This document shows positions 14,069 through 28,500 of a stretch of 64,000 nt of DNA, one piece after another. The notes beneath the pieces are model-generated. The model had not been told where the DNA came from. It ran no database searches and saw only the letters and a program-made list of their open reading frames with translations. The DNA comes from Lama glama (lineage: Eukaryota): positions 53,942,001 through 54,006,000 of the forward strand of contig CM052817.1 of assembly GCA_028534125.1 (NCBI GenBank), written 5' to 3'. A program made the position numbers and the translations under genes. The first letter of the stretch is position 1; every line of letters begins with the position of its first letter.

Positions 14069-14508
14069 TATGGTAGATAGAACAATGGTCCTCCAAAGAT
14101 GCCCACTTTCTAATTCCCAGAATCCGTGAACATGTTAACTTCTATGGCAGAAGGGACTTTGCAGACTTGCTTAGAGTTGAGATGAGGAGATTATCCTATG
14201 TGACAGCAGTTCTTAAAAGTCAAAAGGGGAGGCAGAAGAGTAAGTCAGAATGATGCAATGTGAGAAAGACTAGATAGCTACTGTTGCCTTTGAAGATGGA
14301 GGAAGGGGACCAGAGTCAAGGAACAGGGGCTGCTTCTATAAGCTGGAAAAGACAAGGACCCTTCCCAGAGTCTATATAAAGAACTGCTTCTAGCCTGGTG
14401 AGACCTGTGTCAAACTTCTGTTCCAGAGAAATGTAAAGTAATAAAGCAGCATTGTTTAAGCCTCTGTTTGTGGTAATTTGTCCCAGCAGTGACAGAAAAC
14501 TAATATGC
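14069..14508 (+). mobile_element. MaLR solo LTR, MLT1D-like
   Basis: tatggtagatagaacaatggtcctccaaagatgcccac...ggcagaagggactttgcag...tttgaagatggaggaagggg...tgtggtaatttgt...gaaaactaata. Confidence 0.85.
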
Positions 14509-15244
14509 AACTCAATAATTGGTATTTATTTTAATTCTAAAAATACCCTGTTCTTATTAAGCATACTAATTATTTGAACATCTAATACATGGATATGGTA
14601 CATTTTCAACTGGGACAAAATGATAGCATCTAATCAACCTGATAACTTCCCATGGGCAGTCTCTCTTTCCAGTATCTTGTATCTCTTTCTGGAGTTATTC
14701 TCTCCCTTTATAACACACATACACACAACTGTAACATATATTTATTTTTTTTTGAATTGTTGCCTTATTGAAACACATTGATATTCTGCATTTTGTCAAG
14801 CCTGCTCTAAAGGATAATTCTAGAACATCAGCTGTTTAACCACACCTTTCTAATGCATATAGATTCCTGTATCACATGATTAAGAATGTACCATGACCTA
14901 AAATATCACCAATGGCACAGACAACACGAAATTCTTTTAATCAGAAAGAGAAGACTATTTTTCAAGGAAATATAGTAACTTGGTGATTGCAACTAAATAA
15001 TAAGCATAAAACACAACTATATATAATGAGATAGTTTACTAGGCAAAACAAAAAAATCAAAGAGATGAAATAGTTTCCTTAGAAATCATCTAGCCCAACT
15101 CCTGTAATTCACAGAGGAGGAGACAGGTCTGGGCAAGACATAATTCACCCAAGCTCACGCTCTAGTTAAGGGCAGAGGGAGACATAGGATAATAGTTATA
15201 GGACTCATATCTATGTGTCCTTTTTGTATACTACTGTTTCTTTA

Positions 15245-15575
15245 TCTTTTTTTATTATTAAGATGTTATTTTTTGAGTATTTAAAAACTCACAGCAAATT
15301 TAAAAAGATACAGAGATTTCCTATATTATGCTCTATCCCCATACAACTAAAGCCATTATCAGTGCCCTCAACCAGAGTGGTACATTTGTTACAACTGATG
15401 AATCTACACTGACACATCATAATCACCCAAAGTCCATATAATATTAAGGCTTACTCTTGGTGTTATATGGATTTGGATGAATGTATGACACGTGTCCATG
15501 ATTATGGTATCATACTAGTATTTTCACCACACTACAAATTCTCTGTGCTTTGCTTATTCATCCCTTCTCCTCCTT
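15245..15575 (-). mobile_element. L1MC-type 3' end fragment
   Basis: accagagtggtacatttgttacaactgatgaatctacactgacacatcataatcacccaaagtccata. Confidence 0.8.
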
Positions 15576-18500
15576 TATTTCTCTAATTTTTATGAGAGAA
15601 AATGTAGAAAGTGTAGAAACTTGGCTGGCTAGAAAAATAGGGCTAGCAATGGGGTATTAAAGGAAAATAAAGCTTTGTGTAAAAGGGAGACTTCAAGTCA
15701 ATACACTTGTATGAAATTATGTAGGTCACAGATTTACTCTGAAAATGAAATTAATAGTGAACAAAGATTACTAGTGTCTAGTACAGAATCAAGTTTCATT
15801 AAAGATGAGTTTCTCTACCATTTCTACCCTTTTAATAAATGTTTCTTTTTGGGATATTTCATTGCTGTGTTGTGCATTTCTGACATCTTATTCATCAGCA
15901 AACAAAATTGATAAATACAAGTAATAAAAAACAACTAACTTTTTAAAAGTTTTTTTTTTATTACCCAATTTTTGGAGGGAGGAAATTAAGACATGAGAAT
16001 TTTGGATCAACCTGGGATCATTCTTTGTCACGTTTGCTGACACTCACAATCTGATTGTGTATGGGATATTAAAATGTGGGCAGCTTGGATACTGACTCAA
16101 AATTTCTGTTATGTATCAGCTGCATTTCTTGATATTCAGAGACTTCATGGCATTTTAAGAATATAATGAATATTCTGCACAGGATTGTAATAAAAAGTAT
16201 ATATGATCTTCTTGATGATATATCTTTGTTCAAAGCGAGTCATTTTAAAATTGCATATTTTTAAAATAAATTATCAATTGTTAGTCTTATACCAGTTATT
16301 CATCCTGGAACTTGCAAAGACTGGGTAAAATAACTCTTTAACCTAAATAACGGCAAAAGAGAAAGGAACAGTGAATGAGCTTTCATTAATTCCCTCAATT
16401 AGTCATTTATTCATTAGGATGATATTTAATGAATGCCTACTAAGTGACTGATACCAGGTGCTGGAAATAAATAAGTGAACTACTTATTCTTGGAATTTAC
16501 AATTAGAGATACAAAATTATGGGATATAGTTAAAAAACCCATTTGCTAAAGTTAAAGGGAGCCCAATAAATATGTATGTGACTCAGAGTAGGTGTTCAAT
16601 AAATAATTATTTTTTGTCTATAAGAAAGACAAAAATTACTTTAATTACTAAAAAGTAAAATCTCCTTGGGTGACTCAGGAAAGTCTGGCAGAGGAACCAG
16701 CACAAGGTGGGTACTATGACTCTGTAAGACTGAAGTTATTTGTCATGTCCGCTCTCCTAATTATCTTGTGATATTTGGAAATACGATTTACCATATTATA
16801 AAGTGCTCTTGAAGAGAGAAAAAAAAGATGAGGAGTTCCCATGGTTTTCTTATTTATGGCAAAAATGCATAAAGGGCACAGTTTATTAATTTATTGAATC
16901 CACAAAAATACTTACAATTAAATTCACCTATCAAAACAGTATCAAAATAACGTATCGACTATTTAACCTTTTCTACATGCAGCCTATATATCAAACTCCA
17001 AGAATACAACAAGGGTGAAACAGGCTTTATACTCATTTTCTGTTATAAAATTATAAAATACTCAAAAATTTGTGTTCTCCAGAAATTGTGTGCTATGTCG
17101 AAAAACGTGAATAGCAAGTATGTACGTATATTTATATTTACGGTTACACGCACATTCGTGCAAACACGTACATTTTGGCTACCCTCAATGTTTTCTAGGA
17201 TTTCTTAAACTTGTTTTAACATTTGCTACAACTTAATAAATAATACAGCTGAACCGCCCTTTCACTTCTCTAACCTGCCTTTATTGGAAGAGCAAACCAA
17301 GTGAATACATTTGGTGACGACTTTACACAGGACAACTCCGATACTCAACTCCATGAGAGATGGAAGCCCAAGAACTCCTGATTCTGTGTCTTCTCTTCCA
17401 ACCTAGGACCCACTCACATGTCTTAGTCACTGTGAGAATTCAATGCATTTCTGGTGAAAATTCACATCATTGATACAAGACGAATTAAGACAAATGTTAA
17501 AATTGCTACACTTCAAATCATAAACAAGGCAAATAGTAAAACTGGGAAAATTTCTTTCACAAATGGAAATAAATTCATAGTGCAACTAATTTTCATTAAT
17601 TGAGAAATGCTGTACATTTTATAACTATGTTAATTCTCTCAGCGTATCCATTTCAACTGGGAATTCCCCAAATACAGACTTTAACCCAGTGCATTTATGT
17701 AAAGTAGTTATTTTAAGAAATACTCTTCTAAAGTACTTTTATTAATTTTATTTTCCCCAATATAATTAAGTAGGTGGCAATTACATTATTATGATAAACT
17801 GTAAAAACTTTAGATAAATTGGCACCATATTTCTATTATTTATCTGTATATAATGGAACTGAAAATAGTTGATGCCATAAAGGAAAAGACTGAAATTATG
17901 TGTTTAGGATAAAAGGTTATGGTGCCTGAAAAGTGATATTAGAATTACTTCAAAGGAGAATTCACAGGTGAAAATGTGCTTCTAGAACCACAGAAGCCAA
18001 GCAGCAAAGGGGAAAAGTATAGACCAGGGTCTTCACAACAAAGAGGTTTGTTCCCTAGAGCACAGAGCCAGAAAGCTGGCCTGCTGTGCTTCTGTTTTTA
18101 AAGTTCTGCTTCAAAGACTTTCCTAGCATGCTAAGAAAAACATACTATATTAAATTTTCTTGTCCTCCCTGCCCATAGATCAGAAAACATCCACTGCAAC
18201 ACTAACTCAAAAAGAGGAATGGTAAAGCATGTTAACGGTACCTGAAACAGGGTTCACAGGTAGATGGCAAAAAAATGCTAACACCTTGCTTTGAGCCCCC
18301 ACCCTCAAGGAAGGGTCCAGGACACGGAAAGCGTCCTGGATTTTACTGAATAAATGTGATCAATGGAGAAGTGTGACAACAGATCTCAAAGTAAAAGCTA
18401 CTCATCATGTGTTACTCTCAAATGAAGCCCATTAGGCATTTTTCCTCTCAGTAAATCTTAAAGAAGGTATATCTATAGAAGAATCAGAAGGAGATCTTTG

Positions 18501-19849
18501 GGTAATAGAGTCATAGCAAACTAAATGTGCCTCAACTTACTTCAGAGACGAGTAGAAAAATTCAAATATATTCATTATAGGTCCAGCGTTCAAAAAAGTT
18601 CTTTATGTTTATAATGATATATTTAGACAAGATAATGAAGACTTAGAGATTTTTTACAAGAATATATACACGGTTCATTTATGAAATTAACTTTTTTTTT
18701 TCAAAGAAAAGGGACAGGGAGATGTGTATCTTCCCCCAAATCAGGGCAGATCCCTTCTTTCTTTTCATCAGTCCATGTGATCTGTGAGAGGATCTCTCAT
18801 GAAGACAGCCCAGTAGGACCTGCCAGCATGTTCACTTAGTTGACAGAGATCAATATATATATCCCAAAAGACCAGAATTGGGAAAATTACATGCAAAGGA
18901 ATTATATGCACAGACTTACAAAAATGGGATCAGAGCGACTCAAGCACAATAGAACAAGATTGGCACAAAGAGAAATAAAAGGATATTGATATTCTCTCAG
19001 GATGACGACAGTGAATTTTACCACCTAATTCTTTTCAATAAACTCTAAAATATATCATAGTATAGAATGAAACTGCCTGTAGTGAAATTTTGACAACTCC
19101 CCTCTGTGTGCTAAAATGCTGTCAGCTGAAAAATTTGAACTCTTTGCGCAAATTGTTCATTTCTGACAGATTTACCCTACTTTTATGTTTGTAGTCTTAT
19201 TCAAAGAAATTTGGAAAAGTTAGAATTTAGCTTTACTCTCAAAGAATAGCAAGCACCATTAGCATAATTTGGAGGTACTAGGCATTTATATTATAGTTAT
19301 CTATAAAGAGTAGAAATTATTATAGAAGTGAAAATATTTATAAAATAAGTATAGAGTTTGATTGATTTTAATATATGATATATTACATTTTAATAGAAAT
19401 ACCTTTTTCACAGTTATGCCATATTATTTCATGGTTTTACACTTTCTCTTTAAGAGACAGATATAATATATTCACATTTCTAAAATGGTCATCCTATTTC
19501 ATTATTACAACTTAATATATGATTAAGTGAATCTCTTAGCTTCTATTATGTCTCAATTTTGGTGAAAAATTTGCATAATGTAGTCTTATTTTTTCCCTCT
19601 AGACTTTAAGGAAACATCTGATAAGTTATTTTAGCATGCCTCAAGTGAGATTATAGTGTTGATTCTTATTTGTAAAGGATTTTAAGATTTATATTTGGGG
19701 AAACAAACAAAGAAGCAATAAACACGACTCGAAATACATGCTTATTAAAAGAAACAGCTCTACTAGTATAAATTAAAATGATTGTTCTGTTGTGAGAATT
19801 ATGTCTATTTTCTTTGTTTCCTTTGTTTCAGGATCTATATGGCTTTCAA

Positions 19850-20290
19850 AATTAATCCTGCTCTAAATACATTCAGTAGGGCTGACCCTCTCTGATACCT
19901 CTAAAATCTGAGAGGTGAGTTTATCACCCAGGTTGGGTCACTCAAAGGGTCCTGTCAGAAGACCGTATCAGATTTTCCCCTGGAACTTGCTAGTGCTAAT
20001 AGGGAGAAGGAATGTTCCAATGGGAACCTAAGCTTCATGAAAAACATAAGCCTGAAGTTGCCAGTGACCATCTTGTTGCCATGTGCAAGAACTGTGTCTG
20101 AAAAAGAAGCCAAGCAGAAGCAGAGTTCAGGGACCGTTTGAGATAGAGCCTTGATGGAACACAACACCTCCGTGTAGGTCGGCAGCGAGCCTCACTCTGG
20201 AAATTCAATTATCTGAGACATCTAATTCCTTCTCTTAGTTTTAGCCAATTTGAGTTGGGTTTTTCTCACTTTAAAACAAAAGCATCTTGT
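19850..20290 (+). mobile_element. Old MaLR LTR, MLT1J/K-like
   Basis: gaccatcttgttgccatg...gagccttgat...ttagccaatttgagttgggtttttctcactttaaaacaaaagcatc. Boundaries approximate. Confidence 0.6.
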
Positions 20291-20479
20291 GTGTCCAGAC
20301 ATGTGCTTGTGTATCTGAGAAGCAGAAGTATTTTCTTCCTTTAATAAGTGTACACTATAAAAGGAGGCTGATCATTTTAGCTTATTTCCCTTGGCCACTG
20401 AAAAATTTACTAAAATAGTTTCACTTCAATTAATTCAGCTGCATGTAACTCAACTAACACCACTTTTTTTTCAACTTTA

Positions 20480-21640
20480 CTTTCTGTGCTACAGTCTTCA
20501 GTATAACATTGAATGGAATTGTAAAAATAGGCACACCTGTCTTACTCCTAATATTGAAGGGAAAACATTGTTTCACTATTAAATTTGATATCTGCTGTAA
20601 GCTTTTTTAACTTGCTCTTTATCATGTTAACAAACTCCCTTTTATTTCTAGTATGCTAAGAGTTATTTTCATGAATGGATGTTGAGTTCTATCAAACTAT
20701 TTTCCAGCATCTACTGACAATATTTCTTTCTTAGATCTGTTAATGTAGAGAATAAGATTGATTTTTCTAATAAAATTAAAAAAATTTTTTTTAAAAACCT
20801 TGCATTTCTAAGATAAACACAACTTGGGTATGTTGTATTCCTTTTAGACATTGCTGGGTTGGCTTTGCTAATACTTTGTTTAAGACTGTTGTACACATGC
20901 CTCTGAATGAGATTCACCTGCAATTTCCTGTCTTGTTTTGTCCACATCAGGTTTTACATCAGCCTTATAAGGTGAGTTGAGAAATAGTCCCTCTTTCAGT
21001 CTACTCTGGAATAGTTTCTATGAAATGAAATTATTTGTTCCTTGGATGTTTGGTTGGATTTCATGGTAAAGCCATCCAAGGCCTAGCGTTTTCTCTGTGG
21101 GAAGATCTTTAACTACTTGCCAGTTTTATTAATGGTTAGATGAATTTTCATGTGTTCTATTTCTTTTTGAATTGGTTTTAGTAAGCTATATTTTTCTAGG
21201 AATTTGTCCACTTCATATAAATTTTCAAATTAACTGGCATGCAAGGTTTCATGCTGTTTATTATCTCCTTAATCCTGGTAGTTTTATCCCCCTTTTCACT
21301 CCTCATATTGTTTAGTGGGGACAGCTCATTTTTTCTTGATCAATCTTGCCAAAGATCTGTCAATTTTATTACTCTTCCCAAACAACCAAATTCTGGTTTT
21401 TGTTCATCTTTTTAATTTAATGCTTACTTTTTATTACATTAATTTTAGCCTGAGTCTTCATACTTCCTTCTTTCCAGATTTTTAGGGTTTATTTTGCTGT
21501 TCTTTTCATATCATCTTAAGATGAATGTATCACTTACTGACTTTTAACCTGTTTTTGTTTTGACATAATCATTAAAACCTAAAATGAACTAATTGCTGCT
21601 CTATCTGCATCTCACAAGTTTTGATAGTAGTATTTCATTA
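20480..21640 (-). mobile_element. Degraded L1 ORF2 fragment (L1M)
   Basis: T-rich antisense L1 body, e.g. tatttctagtatgctaagagttattttcatgaatggatgttgag and ttttctaggaatttgtccacttcat. No intact ORF. Confidence 0.8.
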
Positions 21641-24600
21641 AAACATCTTAATATATAACTTTTTGAGTGGGAATATTAAAAGGGCTAATATAATATTCTT
21701 TTTAAAATTATTCATCATCAGTGCTCCTAAAGGGCTTATTAATTAGCAATAATGGGGAGACAATAAATTTTAGACAGCAATAGCTACAAAAAAGGGAGAA
21801 ATTTGTTAAATCTGTTCATATGCTTTGAGGGAAAAGCATGAAATCATTAAACTATAAAGGAGGATATTCATTTCTGGAAATTAACTATGTCAATATTCAA
21901 CATGTTTAAAGTACTGTTATATCTTACTGATGCATTTTAGGGACATTAGGCATTAAATAATTAATGCCCTTAACAAATCCTACTATGAGCTGTCTGTATT
22001 ATATAGGAATGCTAGACTTGTTTCTGTCTCTCCCTTCAGTACAGAAGGAGCAACTGATGTCTTATACCATGATACCAGGAGGCATCATAATAATTTTACT
22101 TTTATCTTTTTTTATTTCACTGCTACAGTGACTTAGAATGTGGCATAAAAGGTTCTGCTTGTAACAAGCTATGGTTTCAATGAAAGGATAATGCTTTTTC
22201 CTCTTTATTCAACTACTCAACTTAGTTTCATGAAATGAATATACGATTCTATTTAAAGAAAGCTAGAGAATGAGTATAATTCAAACCATCTCTTAATTTA
22301 ATTCAAAATCTGTTCCATTTTATGATGTACATAAACCACTGTTTCTTATCATTAGTATTTTACATCAGATGCAGGTGCTGTACTTAGAAATTGCCTTGAT
22401 GTTCTAAATGCCTGATGCTCAAAGAAATGTTATCTAAAAAAAAAAAATCACATAAACCTTTCAAAAGCCATTATCCATAGCCTCCACTTTAGTGATGGCT
22501 TTACCAAGTACCCATCACTAACCTCATTTCTAAAAATAAGCATATTCTCAAGTAGATTATCTATGCAGAAGAGCATGAGGTCTTACCTACAGTTGTGAAG
22601 CCAGTAAAGCAATGTTGAATCTTGATGGCTGAATCATCCACAACTGAACATCAGGGTGACACTGTGCTAACTCCATGGAAGATCTGAGGCTAGTGGACCT
22701 TCTTAAATATCTATTTAACTTGATCAAATTGAACAGTTAACTGTGTAGGACAGCAGATTTATCTCAATAAGCCAGGTGTTGAAGGAGGACATCAGTACCG
22801 GAATATGGCTGAGGAAGTAAAAGCTGGCCACAAAAAAAGCAACTGGACTCATATACCATAAAGTGTACTCTTAAAGGAAAAAAATAAGTTGTTACTCCAA
22901 AACAGTGTTATCACATTATCTAGACATGATACACATGGAGGGGGCACTTCTGTGTGTGTGTGTCTCTTGTTCTATGTTATTTACTTGCTAAGTTAGAAAA
23001 TCCTCCTGAGAATTCTGCTTGATGACCTACAACTGGCTCTATTATTGAGAAGGCTCTAGAGGAGTTCAGTCCAAACCCAGCTGCTCATTGATAACCATTA
23101 AAATAAAATGCATTATTAGAAAGTGACAGGAAATGTCCGAACAAGTACCTTCAGTTATATTTTAGGGTAATTCCAGGGGGATGTCTTGATTTTGGTGGGT
23201 TACCTATTAAAACAACATAAAAGATTTCTAGTTCTATTTTGAAACTTTGCTCCCAGTATTCTATCTCTGAGCCAGTTTATTTTCAACATATCGATGGCCA
23301 GTTACTAACTTTTTCTGACCATACCTACATTTATCTCCATTGAGGTTGGAAACTTTATGGATAGTATCCTTATCTAAATGACAATATATTAGCTATTTAA
23401 CTTTAACAATGACATGGCTTCTAATATGCAAGTTGAACAAGAAAGAGAAAACTAATACACCCATTAAGAATTTAAAATTCATATACATGATAGTCAAATT
23501 TAATCTAAAAAGGAGTATGTGTTTTGGGGTTTTCCCCCAACAGCGTGACTATCTGATTAAACATTTAGACTTTTTCTTGGTTTATCCTGAATATTTAACT
23601 CTGTGCTACATTCTCTGTTAAGTATTTTATAATCTCATTTTTATCTTTACAACAATCAATGAGGCAGTTGTTCTAGTTATGCCTGTTTAACAAATGAGGA
23701 AGCTAGGTCTCAGTTTAAATTGGTTTTTTTTCACCATATACTCTGCCTTAAATATGTAGTAATTTCAGAGAAAATATGACCCCCAAATTAATACTAAGGA
23801 CTTTAATTTAGAAATACCTTTTGTAGGGTATTTAACATTCATATTGGTCTAAAATTAAACTGATGTTTTGAAATGTTCATCATTATGCACTATAAAGTCT
23901 GAATATCCTTCTTAGATACCAGAGTCCTAACCAATACTCTGATTTTCTCATGTTATAAATTTAACTCCTCTGTGGATGAAAAGCTTTCAAAAAACTGAAA
24001 GAAAGAAAATATCACCAAATTTCATTTGAATTGGTCACGTTAAGGGAAAAAAAAGGCAAGAACTTTTGAGAAATCTCTTTAATTCTTTGAAGGAGTGAAG
24101 GGGTGCTGTGTTTGAGAAGAAAAGGTAAAGCGAGCCACAGAGAAGAAAAAAGAAAAGCGAAGGTTGTAAGTGCCGACCTTTAAAGACTCTAAAGAAAAAG
24201 GGAAAACAACCCCACCACAAAGTCAAAGTGTTTGATTACAAAACTCAAAATACAGTGCAAACTGGTTTCTTTTTCCCTTTGTTGCTTTTGAAATCTGTTT
24301 CCACTTTGTTAGAATGAAATTCATTAATGTTCAAAGTATTCTAAGTAAAATTTTAAGTCATATCTGGTAAATAACAATAAACTAAAACAACAAACACAAA
24401 AAAGGAGATACATTTAGATTCAATTTGGAAAAACAAAGGTAAAAGAAAAATCAGCGAAGCTTTTTCCTGTCATAATAGATTTAATCAAGTGTTGTTATTA
24501 GGAGAGGCACCTCTTTCATTAATTCATCAATAAATATTTATTTTTATTAAATCCACGAAATGTGTTAAGCCAGTGATTCTCTAGCCATGTTTCCCTCAGA

Positions 24601-25406
24601 ATCACCATCAGAGAATTTCCAAATTTCATAAGAGCTCTGACTTGTTTCTGATTTGATCCATTTATCTTAAATTCAGGGAGACAGCCTTTCTATCTCCGCC
24701 AAGGACTTTTCTGGTACTGAGACAGACACTGATGAGAGGGGAAAGTCCCTCAGCTATGCTAGAATGGAAAAAAATTGAGTCTCCCTGTGAAGAAAGTAAG
24801 ATGAGGCTTTGAAATGATCACAGCATTAAGAACCTGCCCTAAATGATCCCATTTCTAAGACAGAGACATGTAACCAAACTGTAAGTTTACACTGTGTTAA
24901 GTGCCGTAACAGAGGTACAATGGCAATAAAAAGAGGAAACAAGCACCTCTGTTTTGGGAGAAACATCACAGAGGAGATAATGCTTTAGATGGCTCTTAAG
25001 GGGGCCCTGTTGACACTTATTTTCAGACTTCCTGTCTGGTTAGCTCCCTTTTCTTCTCAAGTGTCCCAGTTGGTAGATAAATTCTATGATCATCCCAGTC
25101 TTATATGGAGGAGTTTGCTTCCTGAGTAGAGAGAGACAGCATCAAGGTAGCAGCATGTGCAGAGGTTAATTTGCATGAAATAGCACAGGGACACAGTCCA
25201 TTGTGTTGGGTGCCATGTGTAAGGAGGAAGAAGTGGGATATGAGCTAAGGGATGTAGCAGGATCAGATTCTGGATATACTTTCCAACATGGTTGCAGAAT
25301 AATCTTTTGAGGGAATGAAGTAAAAAGTGATCCTTTTTCAAAAAGTAGTAGTTCTTTTGAGTTTCCATCTGAACTTAGCATACTTCTAAAAAACAATGGA
25401 AGCCCC

Positions 25407-25540
25407 CATGAATAGCTGAAAAATGTTCCTTTGCAGAAGTTAGCTGATAAGCTGGAAAAATGACTCATATTTATCATGAGTAGCTGAAAAGTACTCATTT
25501 GCAGATGGTAGTTGATAAGCTGGAAAAGTGACTCATTTTC
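25407..25540. repeat. Diverged two-copy tandem duplication, period ~68 bp
   Basis: catgaatagctgaaaaatg...tgataagctggaaaaatgactcat is followed by catgagtagctgaaaagta...tgataagctggaaaagtgactcat. Confidence 0.85.
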
Positions 25541-28500
25541 TTTATATTTCTATATTACTTTCAAAATTTGCATAATGTATGTACTCTCTAGCCATAGTTA
25601 ACCACAGATAAGTTCACAGGATTTCCTCAAGGTCACATATAAACTGAAAGGAATGAAACTCAAGAATTTTGATCAGTAGTTGCTCTCTAATTATTCTTGA
25701 TCTGCTCTTTTTTTTAAACTAAGTTGAGCTCAAACTGATTTTTTTTCATTTTTCTAGAAAATAGCTATTGTTTCTATTTGAGATACAGAAAAATCCAATG
25801 AATAGCTCTTCAATTTCTCCTCAGTGTCCTGACATAAAGCCATTCATGTAAAATGCATTTATTGCATAGGAATTTTTTGAGCTGCTTAGGCATGAAAAGA
25901 GGTTAAGAGATAAGTTATTCATGTGGAAGTAATTGTGAATGCAACAGCAATGAGTGACTTTCTTTAGAATAATTTGCAGTTAAGATCTATGCTCAAAATG
26001 GTCATTAGTTCACAAGCAAACATGACAGAAAACTGAAGGAGCCATCATCTAATGGTTTTCTTCATTTAGGCTCTACGACTTACAAATGAGCAAGTGCCTC
26101 TTAAACTCTGCTACCCTATTCTTCAAGTCAGTCAATCATCGCCAAGTGCATTTGAGTTCCTCTTCACTAAGAATATCTCCACAGGCAAGTGAACAATCAC
26201 TTGTCTTTCCTTTCCAGGAACCTCAGTAACAGGAAGCTTTTATTTGTTTCAAATTGGAAAAAATAGACAACTAGAGATGAATCATGGCTATTCACATTTG
26301 CATTATCTCTTAAACTGCATTCATAGGAAAACATCACACTTACTATTTAAGAAGAGACAGGTGTTCTCTTTTTTAGATTAATTGGTTTAAAAACCAACCA
26401 ATTTGGTCTTTTCAGAAAGTATCACAGGCAAAAATTTCCTTCCTGTTTTGAATATGTTAGTAAAGGACATCACAAAGGTATGAACTCCTACAGTGGAAAA
26501 ATACTAAAGACAGCATGGCATAATAATCCATCCACTGTGTCCTTGCCTTGTGAAGGCAAATTTACCCCTGGTTAATAATGTTCAGGTGATAATGAGCACT
26601 CCTGCCCCTTCCCTGTCCTTTAAGCAAACTTACAAGTAGAAAAGTGGCTAAATGACATTTTGTCTGAGTATTGTCAACTAAAGTAGGTCACATGTTTAAG
26701 ATTCTTTTAATTACAAAAATAAATGTGCCCTACCTGGTTCTCTCAAGGCAATATAACCTTATCAACTATGGCTGTATTTTGCAAAGTAGGTTATGACATC
26801 ATGGAGATAGCACCTAGCACCCTTTCTTGTAAAGCAGTTTCCCATGATTCAATATGCTGATCATTAACAGGGAATTATTCCACCTTTTCCAGCTCTTTAA
26901 TGTATCTAAAATCCTTTTTTAAAATTTAGGCTTAAATTAACATTATTATTATTATTATTATTAAAAATGCATTCTCACTCATAGTATAAATATAGGTGAA
27001 ATTATGACAGTACATTTACAGTGCAGACTCTGTTGAAGTCATATTTCTCATGACAGGTTTCATAGAGTTTATCATAAAAGCAACAGGGAGTTAAGAAAAT
27101 AAACTACAGGATTCAAATTACTGTTTTGAGTTTTAGAAATACCTGGTAGCTGTGTCAAAGACAGACTGAGAGTGGAGAGGATTATATTGAGACTGGAGGC
27201 TGGAAGACTGGAGGCTGGGAGTAAAATCAGTTGCTACAAGAGGACCGGTAAGTGATATTGGGAGCCTGAACCAATAGTTCTGCTTTTCAGCCTCCAAACA
27301 TGTAAAGGAAAGACACATTTCCATAAGAAACAGTGACTCACCCTAAAGTTATTCTCAACAGGAGAAACTCTTGAGGATGAGGTGGTTTTGGAATCTTGAT
27401 GGGTGTTCAGGTGATTATAATACATGATTTGCACCCCACCCCACCCCACCACCTGAATAGAAAATCAATGGACTGAACTAAAACAATGAAAGTGGGGCAA
27501 AAGGGGGGATTCCAAGGTTATATGATTTTAAAAAATATAAATGAATCTGGGAATCTAGAATCCCAGAATCTGAAGAGAATGAATGCAAGTGAGGTATTTT
27601 ACTGTCAACACTGTTCTAGCTTCTGTTCTTGCTTATTTTAAATAACATGAGAAATTCAGTTAGTGTAATCCAAGTAATTTATGATCTACATAAATAAATG
27701 TTCAGCCAAATATTGTCATGAAGCTGTCAAAGGTTAATTTAGAACTATAAATGTTTGTGATGAACATACGTTTTAAGTTATAGGCACTTAATTTCCCAAA
27801 ATGTCGTAGTAAAAATAACCTATTTATTTTAAAACCAAGAGTCTAAATATGACATATATGGAAGCCAGGCCCAAACCCACAGGCGTAATTATAACCTGTT
27901 GTAACCAAAAAGTTAAAAGTTGAATTGAGTTAGCTTTGCTGTAGAAAAGCGTGATGTAAAAATTATAGAAAGAATCTCTCCAAAATGATTAAAATGTATT
28001 TTAAAGGTTTTAGTGCTTAAACACTCTTATTTATATGGAAAATTCAGCTGTTCAGAATGACTCATTTTCTGAGGGATTCAAATAGGAAAACTTTCATTCT
28101 ATTTTTAGTAAGTGCTGAGAAAAGGGCATGGTTCATTTATGCATTTGTACTTTGTACATTACAGTTTTGATTATGCAACCCTTTTTCACTGCCTTTTTGG
28201 AACCTTTACCATTGGAGTTACATAATGTATGTCTTATGTATGAAAGTATTTTTGCAAAAGTGAAAATAATTTAAAATTAATTACACTTTCCAGTAATGAA
28301 GATTTATTTTATTCCTTAGAGGATTCTCTGAAAGTGGACTATCGGTCATTTTTATGATGAAGTACCAATTACATACTTAAAGTTCAAACTTGTCAATTAA
28401 AAGGAAGCTTAGTATACTATTAATTAGCAATATTATCACAAGTATAATTAGAAAACCTAAACAAACATTAATACATTTTAAATTCTGAAGAAAAAAATTA

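Noticed and set aside
22580..22825. Possible cryptic exon (minus-strand cttttacttcctcAG ... AG|GTAAGA, ~223 nt)
   Set aside because: Frame-shifting and with no latrophilin-like peptide; such site pairs are expected by chance in a 46-kb intron.
27432..27453. G-quadruplex-like (GGGGT)n run on the minus strand
   Set aside because: Only three full G-runs and no supporting context.
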